Source: an uncultured Puniceicoccaceae bacterium (lineage in GTDB: Bacteria > Verrucomicrobiota > Verrucomicrobiia > Opitutales > Oceanipulchritudinaceae). Taken from it: DNA of 64,000 nucleotides. Under the pieces are notes generated by a model. It made no database searches and was not told where the DNA came from. It saw only the letters and a list, made by a program, of their open reading frames with translations. The position numbers and the translations under genes were made by a program. Shown here in pieces: positions 9,744 to 19,527 of this stretch (position 1 is the stretch's first letter; every line of letters begins with the position of its first letter). The stretch spans positions 1 through 64,000 of the forward strand of contig CAWVVV010000001.1 in the NCBI GenBank assembly GCA_963933835.1, read 5' to 3'.

Positions 9744-11252
9744 ATGAAAAGCGACCATCACATCGAAAACCCAGACGTCATCATCATTGGAAGCGGTATC
9801 ATGTCTGCGACGCTCGGCACCGTTCTCAAAGAGCTGAATCCCCGTCTGCGCATACAGCTTTACGAGGTCGCTGACGGACTCGCTGTAGAAGCCTCGAGTG
9901 CTTGGCACAACGCAGGCACCGGCCATGCAGGCCTTTGCGAACTTAGCTATACGCCCGACTATGGACCCGACGGGGAGGTGAAAGTGGATAAAGCGGTCGA
10001 AATCTTTCATCAGTTCGAACACTCTCTACAGTTTTGGGGCTACGCGGCAGGCAAAGGCATCCTAGAGTCCGTAAAGGACTTCGTGAATCCTGTCCCCCAC
10101 CTCAGCTTTGTCTACGGTCAAGAACAGGTCGATTTCCTGCGTTCACGTCATCGCCAGATGACGAAGCACCACTTTTTCAAAGGCATGGAATTCACCGAAG
10201 ATCGTGCAACGATCGAGAAGTGGGCTCCACTCATCCTTGACGGTCGCGATCCAAACGAACCCGTCGCCATGACACGCGTTCTTCAGGGCACCGATGTAAA
10301 CTATGGGGCCCTTGCAGAGAAGCTTGTAAGATGGATCGGACAGCAGCCTGACTGCGGAATTGCGACAAAGCATCGTGTCAGTGACTTAGAAAAGAATGGA
10401 GACAGGTGGGAGGTTACGATCAAAGACCTCGAAACCAAATGCTCTTTCAAGAATACCGCTAAGTTCGTATTCATCGGCGCAGGAGGAGGCAGCCTACCAC
10501 TCCTTCAGAAGTCAGGGATTGCCGAAGCAAAGGGATTCGGGGGCTTCCCGATTGGAGGTCAATGGCTCATTTCAGAGAACCCAGATATCGTCTCAAAACA
10601 CACCGCTAAAGTCTACGGGATGTCACCCGGCGCTGCCCCTACGATGGCCGTCCCACATCTGGATACACGCATTATAGACGGCAAAAAGGCCCTCTTGTTT
10701 GGGCCCTACGCAGCGTGGACGACAAAATTCCTTCATCAAAAAGGGAGTCTTCTCGACCTGCCTGCCTCCATACGCACGGATAACATTGCCTCACTCATCA
10801 AGGTGGGGCTGCACAACATTCCACTGGTTCGATATCTCATCCAACAAGGGACCCAAAGAATGGAGACGCGCCTCGGCGAATTGAGACAATTTTATCCGGG
10901 AGCAAAGAAGGAAGATTGGAACCTGATTGATGCGGGGATTCGTGTCCAAGCGATCAAAAAGGAAGATGGTGATGCCGGCATCGTCCACTTTGGCACTGAA
11001 GTCATTACGTCTGAAGATAAAACAATTTCCGCCCTACTGGGAGCCTCACCCGGAGCCTCTGTTTCGACCAATATCATCATCGATATTATCACAAAATGCT
11101 TTTCGGATACACTCTCTAGCGCAGAAGGCCACCAACGCATGAAGGCGATGATACCTTCGTATGACGAGGACCTCACCGATCCGGAGATGGCTGAACGGCA
11201 GGCCGAACTCAATCACAATGCAATGCGATCGCTTGGATTAGTAAACCGATAG
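9744..11252 (+). CDS. mqo: Malate:quinone oxidoreductase
   Basis: IIGSGIMSATL, NAGTGHAGLCELSYTP, MAVPHLDTR, AGIRVQAIK and LLGASPGAS motifs. Start placed at MKSDHH (9744) rather than the track's 9447. Confidence 0.95.
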   Translation: MKSDHHIENPDVIIIGSGIMSATLGTVLKELNPRLRIQLYEVADGLAVEASSAWHNAGTGHAGLCELSYTPDYGPDGEVKVDKAVEIFHQFEHSLQFWGYAAGKGILESVKDFVNPVPHLSFVYGQEQVDFLRSRHRQMTKHHFFKGMEFTEDRATIEKWAPLILDGRDPNEPVAMTRVLQGTDVNYGALAEKLVRWIGQQPDCGIATKHRVSDLEKNGDRWEVTIKDLETKCSFKNTAKFVFIGAGGGSLPLLQKSGIAEAKGFGGFPIGGQWLISENPDIVSKHTAKVYGMSPGAAPTMAVPHLDTRIIDGKKALLFGPYAAWTTKFLHQKGSLLDLPASIRTDNIASLIKVGLHNIPLVRYLIQQGTQRMETRLGELRQFYPGAKKEDWNLIDAGIRVQAIKKEDGDAGIVHFGTEVITSEDKTISALLGASPGASVSTNIIIDIITKCFSDTLSSAEGHQRMKAMIPSYDEDLTDPEMAERQAELNHNAMRSLGLVNR

Positions 11253-11415
11253 TTCCGAAGTACCGGTCGCCAGATTCTGAACCGATAAAAGCTGTCGTTT
11301 CATCCCTGAGGGGTTCAATTACAGGATCAGTGCAACGAACATGCGGCATACGTGCCGATTTAATTATTGAACGATCCTATCCATGTGCGCCGTTGGATGC
11401 AGTTTTCTCTTACCC

Positions 11416-12552
11416 ATGGCAAAGCAAGTAGCTATCGTGATGACTGAGGTCTTTTTGCGCCGCTTAACCCCCTCATTGATCCCATTCGTTCGACGTCAAC
11501 ATGACTTTCGAATCCTAAGCATCCGCCGCCCAATTGAAGAGCTGCGAAGCCTTCTATTAGAACTTAAACCGAGTGCGTTGATTACTGAATGGCTACCAAA
11601 GACGACGGAGGCACTCTTGGAAATAGGTATACCAACAGTGATTGCGGACACCGACTACCGCTACCGAGGAGCAACGAGCATCGATGTCGATGACTGGGAA
11701 GTCGGAGCTCAAGCAGCCAGAGCATTTACCCAAGCGGGCTACCGTCACTTTGCTTGTTTGGGCAATTCAACCCCCTATTCAAAACAAAGGATTGAAGGAT
11801 TCCAGCGAGAGCTCGGTGCGCACACTTCGATCTCGACTCATCAAGAAGATGCTTTTGATGAGGCCCGCTACAGCGAAGATTTCTTTCAGCCCCAGGAAGA
11901 GCTCCGCCTCTGGCTGGCAGCTCTGCCGAAGCCCGTCGCCATATTCGCGATGCATGATCCATTGGGACGTTACCTCTGTAATGCCTGCCGCCGATTGAAC
12001 CTACGGGTACCGGACGAAGTCGCTATCATCGGCGCAAACAATGACGAGCTTGTGTGCGGATTAAGTTATCCGATGCTTTCCAGTGTTTCGATCCCATGGA
12101 ATACCATTGGGGAGACTGTAGGCGAAGCCATGCGCTCCCTTCTGGCAGGAGAGGGGCCACCCTCGAATCCCATTCTAATCCAGCCTAGCGGTGTCATCTT
12201 ACGACACTCTGCAAATCACCTCGCAATTGAAGACCCGATCCTCAGAAGCGCTATGTCCTACTTTTCTAAACGTATTCAGGATCCCATTACAGTCGAAATA
12301 CTTTGTGATGAATTGCGCATAGCTCGACGGAGTCTAGAGCGGAAATTTCGCGAATACTACCAATGCACCCCATGGGAGATGCTTTGCAGGCTAAGGATAA
12401 ATCGAGCAAAACAACTTCTGACAGGAACAAACCATTCAATCTCAGCGATCTCCGAGCTCTGCGGCTTCAACGACCCCGAACGACTGGCCGTTGTATTCAA
12501 GCGCATCGAAGGCAAACCGCCCTCAAAATTCCGTGCAAAGTCCGGTATCTAA
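11416..12552 (+). CDS. XylR-type regulator (periplasmic-binding-like domain plus C-terminal AraC HTH)
   Basis: LPKPVAIFA, VPDEVAIIGANND and LSSVSIP, then RRSLERKF...AKQLL...CGF AraC domain. Confidence 0.9.
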   Translation: MAKQVAIVMTEVFLRRLTPSLIPFVRRQHDFRILSIRRPIEELRSLLLELKPSALITEWLPKTTEALLEIGIPTVIADTDYRYRGATSIDVDDWEVGAQAARAFTQAGYRHFACLGNSTPYSKQRIEGFQRELGAHTSISTHQEDAFDEARYSEDFFQPQEELRLWLAALPKPVAIFAMHDPLGRYLCNACRRLNLRVPDEVAIIGANNDELVCGLSYPMLSSVSIPWNTIGETVGEAMRSLLAGEGPPSNPILIQPSGVILRHSANHLAIEDPILRSAMSYFSKRIQDPITVEILCDELRIARRSLERKFREYYQCTPWEMLCRLRINRAKQLLTGTNHSISAISELCGFNDPERLAVVFKRIEGKPPSKFRAKSGI

Positions 12553-12594
12553 AGGATGAGCCGTCATCGAAGAGACGAAGGACAAATCGTTTCC

Positions 12595-13069
12595 TCAAAG
12601 TGCTAGATCAAAAACAAACCAATGCCACCGAGCAATCCCACTAGTCCACCGAAAATAATGTGGCCAAAGAGGTGGACGAGACCAATGGGAAAAGTCGCAT
12701 GACGGTATTTTTCGACGGGGTGTAGCCGTCCACCATGATCATCAGTCCGAAGGTCACGATGACGCCGTGGATCAATCCAAAGCCAAAACCGAGCGTGAGT
12801 ATGGACCCAACTCCGGTCAGGCCGGTAGTGACGAAAAGCCCGAGATAGATACCGGCAAAGATCATCCCTGCCAAAAAATAAATGATCGTGCCGACGCGCT
12901 CGGCCCCTTCTTCACGACGGGTAATCAGGCTCCCCAAGGCGGCAACCATGTTGACGGGAACATCCTGACGGCGACTGATCGTTCGCATGAGCCAATTCAT
13001 CACCCAAGAAGCGATGAGGCCGACGGGCAGAGCCAATAGACAAACAACTAAAGATGTGTTGAAATCGAT
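12595..13069 (-). pseudogene. Small multi-pass membrane protein, frameshifted near 12725
   Basis: ORF 12641..13036 is hydrophobic up to GLMIMVD. An alternative frame continues LHPVEKYRHATFPIGLVHLFGHIIFGGLVGLLGGIGLFFDLAL* (stop 12595-12597), a clean final TM helix. An in-frame ATC at 13069 may be a mutated ATG. Confidence 0.55.
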
Positions 13070-13212
13070 GAATGAAACCTAAGGTGCGAAATCAAGAAGG
13101 TCAATTCTTGATTCTGGCCCACTAAACAGTGAATCCTCATGGCATACCTACAGACGGAATGCCCCTTTCTCCCTCAGTTCAGTCGTAGGTTAGATGCCTT
13201 GCTTTCAAAATA

Positions 13213-13257
13213 AATGAAAAGGGCGGAGCAACGGGAACCTTCCCCATTACTCCGCCC
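13213..13257 (-). terminator. Rho-independent terminator downstream of the 47-aa ORF
   Basis: The minus strand reads GGGCGGAGTAATGGG-GAAGGTT-CCCGTTGCTCCGCCC followed by TTTTCATTT. Confidence 0.75.
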
Positions 13258-13304
13258 CCGTTATTTTCTATTTAGGTGCGTCTAAGAAATCTTAGACACG
13301 GTTT

Positions 13305-13448
13305 TTAATTGAAAAACACACCTCGAGTTCCGAAGCCTGAAGCTCCGCGTAATTCATTTCCACGCATGCGACGGAGTCGATCTGCAGGATGAGACTTACG
13401 TACTCTAATTGGTTTTTCTTTTGTTTCTGTGCGGTTTGTTGCGTTCAT
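13305..13448 (-). CDS. Small basic protein, 47 aa (MNATNRTETKEKPIRVRKSHPADRLRRMRGNELRGASGFGTRGVFFN)
   Basis: AAAGGAG Shine-Dalgarno at 13461-13467, open frame to TAA 13305-13307, then a hairpin and a terminator. Below the 60-aa ORF-track cutoff. Confidence 0.6.
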   Translation of the reverse strand: MNATNRTETKEKPIRVRKSHPADRLRRMRGNELRGASGFGTRGVFFN

Positions 13449-13675
13449 CTTTACTAACATCTCCTTTGAATGATTCGCAGGAGAAAAGCTTGTCTGAACC
13501 GCACTTTAGACTGAATGAAAGAACTGGTATTATGAGGTGAAAAGATGCAATTATTCCAACTCGTCAAGCAAGACCCAATAATATGCATAATTGACCCTCT
13601 TTTTACGCTACAGGCCTCTTGGATAGCGCCGTTCCTAAGGGAAAGAGACTAGAAATCCTAGCGCACTAAATGTAG

Positions 13676-14842
13676 CTACAAGAAGCTAGAAATACGCCGA
13701 GCGGCGCTGGAGGATGTGGGTTGGGAAAGGGCTTTTCGCAGGTCCATAGCATCCGTTGCTGCTTGATCACGGCGTTCTTCTCCGAGGCAGGCATCCATTT
13801 CTTCAGCTAGGCGATTCGGATCGGCATCTCCCTGAATAAACTCTGGATACATCGTTCGCCCAAGGATGAGATTGGAAAGACCGAGGTATGGAATCTTGAT
13901 AATGCGCCGGCCGATCAAGTAAGTCAGATAATTAGCACGATAGACGATCGCTCCGGGGACCCCTGCAAGGGCGCAGTGCATCGACATCGTGCCTGAACTC
14001 GTAAGCACAGCTCGGGCGCGAATATCCTCCTTCTTTTCCAGAATAATGACCTCGAAATCACGCCCCACGGCCAAGACTCTCAACTCATTCGAGAGGGCTG
14101 CGTTGGCACCCAAGGTGGATACGGTTACACTCGCGGCCGCCGGATTTCGTTTACGCCACGCCTCAACCGCGTCGAGCATTGCCGGATATATGCGACGAAT
14201 AGGCTGCAGGCGGCTTCCAGGGAGGAGCAAGAGATCACCCTCGGGATCAAAGGTGACAGGTTCCTCATGCCCCTCGGCTAAAAACGGATGCCCAACAAAG
14301 TTCACCTTCAAATCCGTATCCGCAAAAGTATCGACCTCAAAAGGCAGGATAACGCCGAGCTCACCAAGGAGCTTCGCCATCTTAAAGCGACGCTTGGCCT
14401 TCCATGCCCAGACTTGCGGACCGATGTAGTAATAAATCGCGACAGGTCCGCCTGCTTTCTGGCTGAGACCTTCTTTGAACAATGCCTCCGCTAGGCGAAG
14501 ATTAAAGCCTGGGTAGTCAACTAGAACGAGCACCTTAGGCGGATTGTCGCGTATCCAATCCATAACTTCAGCAAAGAGCTTTTTGAAGTAGCTGTAATGC
14601 TTGAGGACTTCAACTAAACCGACGACGGAACGCTCAGTAAGGTCATGCAGAAGCGGTAGCCCCGCTGCCTCGAGGGCCGCACCACCGACTGCGACCTGCT
14701 TCAATTCAGGATGCAACTGCGCAAGCTCTTGCGCGACGAGCGCCGCGTGCTGATCTCCTGAATGCTCGCCTGCGAGCCAGAAGACATCCGCTGACTCTGA
14801 ATTAGAATCAACTTTAAGCAGCTTATACGACGGTGTGCTCAC
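13676..14842 (-). CDS. lpxB: Lipid-A-disaccharide synthase
   Basis: AGEHSGD, VDYPGFNL, PQVWAWK, FVGHP, LLPGSR and SSGT motifs. Confidence 0.96.
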   Translation of the reverse strand: MSTPSYKLLKVDSNSESADVFWLAGEHSGDQHAALVAQELAQLHPELKQVAVGGAALEAAGLPLLHDLTERSVVGLVEVLKHYSYFKKLFAEVMDWIRDNPPKVLVLVDYPGFNLRLAEALFKEGLSQKAGGPVAIYYYIGPQVWAWKAKRRFKMAKLLGELGVILPFEVDTFADTDLKVNFVGHPFLAEGHEEPVTFDPEGDLLLLPGSRLQPIRRIYPAMLDAVEAWRKRNPAAASVTVSTLGANAALSNELRVLAVGRDFEVIILEKKEDIRARAVLTSSGTMSMHCALAGVPGAIVYRANYLTYLIGRRIIKIPYLGLSNLILGRTMYPEFIQGDADPNRLAEEMDACLGEERRDQAATDAMDLRKALSQPTSSSAARRISSFL

Positions 14843-14844
14843 GC

Positions 14845-15804
14845 CTATTGCTTGTGGGACTCATACTTTGCCATCCCCGCGCGAATCAGTTCAGTAATCT
14901 GGATCGCGACTTCGAGGGCGGTTTTAGCTTTTTCGGCCGAAACCTTAGGATCAATCCGCTTGCGCACTGCGTTGACGAATGAAGCAAGTTCGAGCTTCAA
15001 TGGCTCATCCTTCTCGATCGGAATTTTCTTCTTCTTCAGACCGAGTAGCCCACCCTTGCGGATGAGGTGCCCTTTTTGCTCCATAAAGTTGAGGGAAAGA
15101 TAGGCATCGGGTTGAAAGACCCGAATCTCGCGGACCTTCTTCAAACTCGCGCGACTGGTGTTGATATTCGCAACGCAGCCATTCTCAAAGGTGAGGCGCG
15201 CATTAGCGATGTCTTCGGTCTTCGAAAGCACATTCACTCCGACCGCATCGACGCGTTCGATGGGCGATTTGACGAGTTCAAGAATGACCCCGATATCGTG
15301 AATCATGAGATCGAGCACAACACCCACTTCAGTTCCCCGTGGAGTAAAAGGAGCAAGGCGATCAGCAGTGATGAAGCGTGGCTCGGCGACGTGCTCTTCG
15401 AGGTAACTCATCACCGGGTTATACTGCTCGATATGGCCAACCTGCACAACGGCCTTAACCGCCTGAGCAGCCGCTACGACTTCCTCCGCCTCGGCCATGC
15501 TCGCGCACAGGGGTTTCTCGATGAGGAGGTGGCAGCCTTTAGCTAGAAGCGGCAAGGCAACATCGCGGTGCTTATCCGTCGGAACCACCACACTGAGCGC
15601 TTCACAGGCATCGCCCAGAGCCTCGATCGAATCAAAAACTGCGCAGCCGTGTTTGTCGGCAATCTCTTTCGCCCGTGCCGGACTCGCATCAACAATTCCA
15701 ACGAGTTCGGTGTCTTCCAGCTGATCGTAAATACGGGCGTGGTTCTGTCCGAGCGAGCCGACGCCGATGACGCCACATTTTAAAGGCGGTGTTACTTGAG
15801 CCAT
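14845..15804 (-). CDS. Gfo/Idh/MocA oxidoreductase, GnnA-like UDP-GlcNAc 3-dehydrogenase candidate
   Basis: GVIGVGSLG, IEKPL, VGHIEQYNP and VVLDLMIHD motifs; directly upstream of lpxB. Confidence 0.8.
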   Translation of the reverse strand: MAQVTPPLKCGVIGVGSLGQNHARIYDQLEDTELVGIVDASPARAKEIADKHGCAVFDSIEALGDACEALSVVVPTDKHRDVALPLLAKGCHLLIEKPLCASMAEAEEVVAAAQAVKAVVQVGHIEQYNPVMSYLEEHVAEPRFITADRLAPFTPRGTEVGVVLDLMIHDIGVILELVKSPIERVDAVGVNVLSKTEDIANARLTFENGCVANINTSRASLKKVREIRVFQPDAYLSLNFMEQKGHLIRKGGLLGLKKKKIPIEKDEPLKLELASFVNAVRKRIDPKVSAEKAKTALEVAIQITELIRAGMAKYESHKQ

Positions 15805-15860
15805 ATAAATCAGGCTGATCGGCTTGCTGTCTGGAGCAAGCCTGATGTGGACAGAGATAA

Positions 15861-16017
15861 ATGGTGAATGATGAATTTTGAATGATGAATAGGAGCCAAA
15901 TTAATTCACTCTACATCAAACACCACTCATCATTCACCATTCATCACTCACCATACATCACACAAAACTCATCATTCATCATTCAAGAATCACCATTCAA
16001 AATTCACCATTCAAAAT
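15861..16017. repeat. Degenerate 7-nt tandem repeats (TGAATGA / TCAYCAT type) in inverted orientation
   Basis: ATGGTGAATGATGAATTTTGAATGATGAAT at 15861-15890 faces TCATCATTCACCATTCATCACTCACCAT...TCACCATTCAAAATTCACCATTCAAAAT to 16017, which overlaps the lolD stop codon. Confidence 0.8.
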
Positions 16018-16677
16018 CCCCTCGTGCAAAACCGTCTGCTCCTGTGTGAGCGCCGCGTGCTCGCGGTTATGGGTCACAAGGATCAAACTCGCTTTTTCCT
16101 CCGCAGTGACTTGAAGCAAGAGCTGAAGCACTTCTTCACTTGTGTGTTCATCGAGATTCCCGGTTGGTTCATCGGCGAGAACAAGGCACGGCTGATTGAT
16201 AAGCGCTCTGGCAACAGCGACACGTTGGCGTTCTCCTCCTGAGAGGGTCCCCGGCAGACTGTTCAAACGCGCAGATAGACCGACCCGTTCGAGCAATTCC
16301 AGGGCGCGCGTTCGGGCCTCAGCGAGTGGCTTGCGCGCGATGCGAGCAGGCAGAAGGACGTTCTCCAAAGCATTGAGCTCTGGAACTAAAAAGTAGCTCT
16401 GAAAAACGAGCGCGCAAAAGGCGCTGCGACGCTCCGCTAGCTTTCGGTTGCTCATTCCGACAACGGATTCGCCCTGCCACGTTAGATCACCTGCATCAGG
16501 TTGTTCGAGGCCACTGATAATATTGAGGAGGGTTGTTTTCCCGCAGCCTGAAGCTCCGCGAATACTGAGCGAGCGCCCCAGCTTCAACTCCAAGTCGAGG
16601 CCGCGCAGTACCTCGATCGTTTCTGACCCGAGGCGGAAGTTCTTACGGATGCCCTTGGCTGTGATCGCGATGGTCAT
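15997..16677 (-). CDS. lolD: Lipoprotein-releasing ABC transporter ATP-binding protein
   Basis: GASGCGKTT Walker A, LSGGERQRVAVARAL, ADEPTGNLD; follows a lolC/E-type permease. Confidence 0.88.
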   Translation of the reverse strand: MTIAITAKGIRKNFRLGSETIEVLRGLDLELKLGRSLSIRGASGCGKTTLLNIISGLEQPDAGDLTWQGESVVGMSNRKLAERRSAFCALVFQSYFLVPELNALENVLLPARIARKPLAEARTRALELLERVGLSARLNSLPGTLSGGERQRVAVARALINQPCLVLADEPTGNLDEHTSEEVLQLLLQVTAEEKASLILVTHNREHAALTQEQTVLHEGILNGEF

Positions 16678-17909
16678 GATTCGACACGGATGGCTTCAGC
16701 CGGGCGAAGGCGGGTTGCTCGCCATGCAGGCAGAAGCCCGGCCATAGTGGAGAGGACAATCGCGGCCACCCCGATAACGACAAAGTCATTCAACGCGTAG
16801 TGAACCGGCAACTCAGTGAAGAAATAGAAGTTCGTCAGCATCTCGCGCGAGCTCGTGAGGTTGATGATGACGTCGATAATCGGGCCACGGAAGCTCAGCA
16901 GCGTCACGCCACCAGCAAGACCAAGCACGGTTCCTAGAATTCCGATGAGCAGACCCTGAAAACAAAAGAGCGCCCAGAGCGCCTGCGGTTGCCCGCCAAA
17001 GGCTTGAATAACTCCGATCTCACGCGTCTTGCGCACAACGTTGAGAAGTTGCGCGACCGCGATCGCAAACACTGCCACAGCGACGATGAAGAGGTTGATA
17101 AAAAGCATCATAACCTTCTCCATTTCGAGAACGGACAAGAGCTGCTGCCAACGTTCTTTCCAAGTTGCAGCGCGCACCCCGAGCGGCAGGTAGGTGGCAA
17201 AATCCGCCGCAACGACGACTTCATCTACATCTTCCTCTAGCCTCACACTGACCCCATGCACGCGAGGCCCGAGGTCGTAGAAATCCTGCAAGGTGCGCAA
17301 CGTCACGACGAGTCCCGGAATGTAGTCCGGATCCCACTCGACTTGATAGATACCAACTACTTCAAGGGAACGCGGAAGGATGACCTCTTCAGCCTCCAGA
17401 GCCTTGATCATCGTCGGGGTAAAGACATCAATCTCGTCCCCTACCCGCGCGCCGAGACGCCACGAGAGTGTCGTTGAGATAATGGCGGAGTCGTCTCCCA
17501 AATCATCGGTCGTGCCTTCGGTCAAAAATCGGCTCACACCGTAAGCATCGGGCATGCGTGGGTCGATGCCGTAGGCGGCCGTTCCATCCCAAGCCGAACC
17601 AAACTGAGCGAGAACAAAACCATTACCGTAGGGACCATAAGACACTACACGCTGATCTTCTTCAAGCACACTGCGTAGTGATTCTTGGAATACAAAGGGT
17701 CGCCCCCGTGCCGTGATGTCGAGATGCCCAGAAACATCGATTGCGCGAGCGCGGTGCTCTTGTCCAAAGCCACCCATCACACTCTGAACAACGATCAACA
17801 CCATCACTCCGAGTGCCACCCCTAGGACCGACATGACAAAAAAGAAGCTACCAAACTTCTTCCCGGTCGGGCGGAGCTGTTTCAGAGCGAGGTATAGATA
17901 CCAGGGCAT
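16674..17909 (-). CDS. lolC: Lipoprotein-releasing ABC transporter permease (LolC/E family)
   Basis: SVLGVALGVMVLIVVQSVMGGF, KTREIG and PAWRATRLRPAEAIR motifs. Confidence 0.85.
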   Translation of the reverse strand: MPWYLYLALKQLRPTGKKFGSFFFVMSVLGVALGVMVLIVVQSVMGGFGQEHRARAIDVSGHLDITARGRPFVFQESLRSVLEEDQRVVSYGPYGNGFVLAQFGSAWDGTAAYGIDPRMPDAYGVSRFLTEGTTDDLGDDSAIISTTLSWRLGARVGDEIDVFTPTMIKALEAEEVILPRSLEVVGIYQVEWDPDYIPGLVVTLRTLQDFYDLGPRVHGVSVRLEEDVDEVVVAADFATYLPLGVRAATWKERWQQLLSVLEMEKVMMLFINLFIVAVAVFAIAVAQLLNVVRKTREIGVIQAFGGQPQALWALFCFQGLLIGILGTVLGLAGGVTLLSFRGPIIDVIINLTSSREMLTNFYFFTELPVHYALNDFVVIGVAAIVLSTMAGLLPAWRATRLRPAEAIRVES

Positions 17910-17927
17910 GGTCGTAGGACAAACGCG

Positions 17928-19433
17928 CTACGCGTCTTGTTCAGTCTCTTGCTTCTTTCGGGGCTTGAGGGAGGGGAAAAGGAGAACATCGCGGATACTG
18001 GCGACACCTGTAAGCAAGATGATAAGGCGATCGATACCGATACCCATACCACCGGCGGGCGGCATACCGTGCTCCATCGCGAGGAGAAACTCTTCGTCGA
18101 TCTGTTGGGTTTCTTCACCCGCTTGACGTTCGAGTTGCTCGCGCTGAACGATCGGGTCGTTTTGCTCGCTGTAGGCGGGAGCAATCTCCTGCCCATTGAT
18201 ACAGAGCTCAAAAACCTCAACGGTGTCAGGGTCTTCAGCTGAAATCTTCGCAAGCGGCACCAGCTCCTTAAGGACGTGGGTGACAAAGGTTGGCTGGATA
18301 AGGGTCGGTTCGACCTTCTTTTCAAAGACATTGTTTGAGATTTCGAAGTCCTCGCGTTCTTCAGCTCGATCTACATCGACACCGTTTTCGCGGCACCAAG
18401 CGATCTTATCAGCCTTGGACTTACTGAACCAATCGGCGTCGCCCGTCGCTTCGATGACAAGGTCCTTATAGCGCACTTCGCGCCACTCACCACCGAGCTC
18501 GATTTCGACGCCGTCAAAACGGGTGATCTTCGTCGCACCTAGAACCTCGGTACAGATGCGATCAACGATGCCCCTGACGAGCGTCATCATACCACGGTAG
18601 TCGCTGTAGGCTTGATACACCTCGAGCATCGTAAACTCAGGATTGTGCCGACGTGAGAGACCTTCGTTACGAAAGTTGCGACCGATCTCGTAGACGCGGT
18701 CAAAACCGCCGACAAGCAAGCGCTTGAGATACAATTCTAGCGCAATGCGAAGAACAAAGGGACAATCGAGAGCATTGAAGTGCGTTTCAAACGGACGCGC
18801 AGCCGCCCCACCCGCTTCGGCTTGGAGGATCGGAGTCTCAACCTCCATGAAGTCCTGCTCATCGAGGTGTGCTCGAATCGTCGAGATGATCTTACTACGA
18901 AGCTTAAAGACATTCCGCGACGCCTCATTACTGATGAGGTCGAGGTAGCGCTGACGATAGATAGCGTCCTCGTCTTGGAGGCCATGCCATTTCTCGGGCA
19001 GCGGCCGAAGTGCCTTTGCGACCATCTTGAAAGACTTCACCCGCATTGTGACTTCGCCAGTCTTGGTGGCAAAGACAGGGCCTTCCGCACCAATGAAGTC
19101 GCCGAGATCGAGCTTCTTCTTGAAGAAGTCGTAGGCTTCAAGTCCAACGACATCGCGCTGAATGTAGAGTTGCAGGGTGCCCGCCCGATCTAGAATCCGA
19201 GCAAAGCTCGCCTTACCCATCTTGCGGATCGCGGTTACACGGCCTGCGCTGCGGGCCGAATCACCCTCTTCACCTTCCGGCAGGTCGGGCTGGAAGAGTT
19301 TTTTGGCTTCCTCAGAGGTGTGGGTCTGCGGACAGTTATCCGCAAATGGATCCGTGCCGGTGGCGCGGATGTCTGCAAGTTTGGCCTTACGTACGGCCAC
19401 AAGGTCTGAGGTATCGATCGCTTTCTCGCTCAT
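17928..19433 (-). CDS. lysS: Lysine-tRNA ligase (class II)
   Basis: YRQRYLDL, AARPFETH, FRNEG...HNPEFTMLE and GMPPAGGMGIGIDRL motifs. Confidence 0.98.
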   Translation of the reverse strand: MSEKAIDTSDLVAVRKAKLADIRATGTDPFADNCPQTHTSEEAKKLFQPDLPEGEEGDSARSAGRVTAIRKMGKASFARILDRAGTLQLYIQRDVVGLEAYDFFKKKLDLGDFIGAEGPVFATKTGEVTMRVKSFKMVAKALRPLPEKWHGLQDEDAIYRQRYLDLISNEASRNVFKLRSKIISTIRAHLDEQDFMEVETPILQAEAGGAAARPFETHFNALDCPFVLRIALELYLKRLLVGGFDRVYEIGRNFRNEGLSRRHNPEFTMLEVYQAYSDYRGMMTLVRGIVDRICTEVLGATKITRFDGVEIELGGEWREVRYKDLVIEATGDADWFSKSKADKIAWCRENGVDVDRAEEREDFEISNNVFEKKVEPTLIQPTFVTHVLKELVPLAKISAEDPDTVEVFELCINGQEIAPAYSEQNDPIVQREQLERQAGEETQQIDEEFLLAMEHGMPPAGGMGIGIDRLIILLTGVASIRDVLLFPSLKPRKKQETEQDA

Positions 19434-19527
19434 GATTAAGCCGCCGAGTAAACCGAGCCTTAGCAGGCTATGGCAAGCCGTGCTTTTCGTTCTCAGGCCG
19501 ATTACTTCTGCGATAGGAAAAATAGCT

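Noticed and set aside
15861..16017. Possible CRISPR array
   Set aside because: Units are 7 nt, degenerate and without unique spacers; no cas genes in the window.
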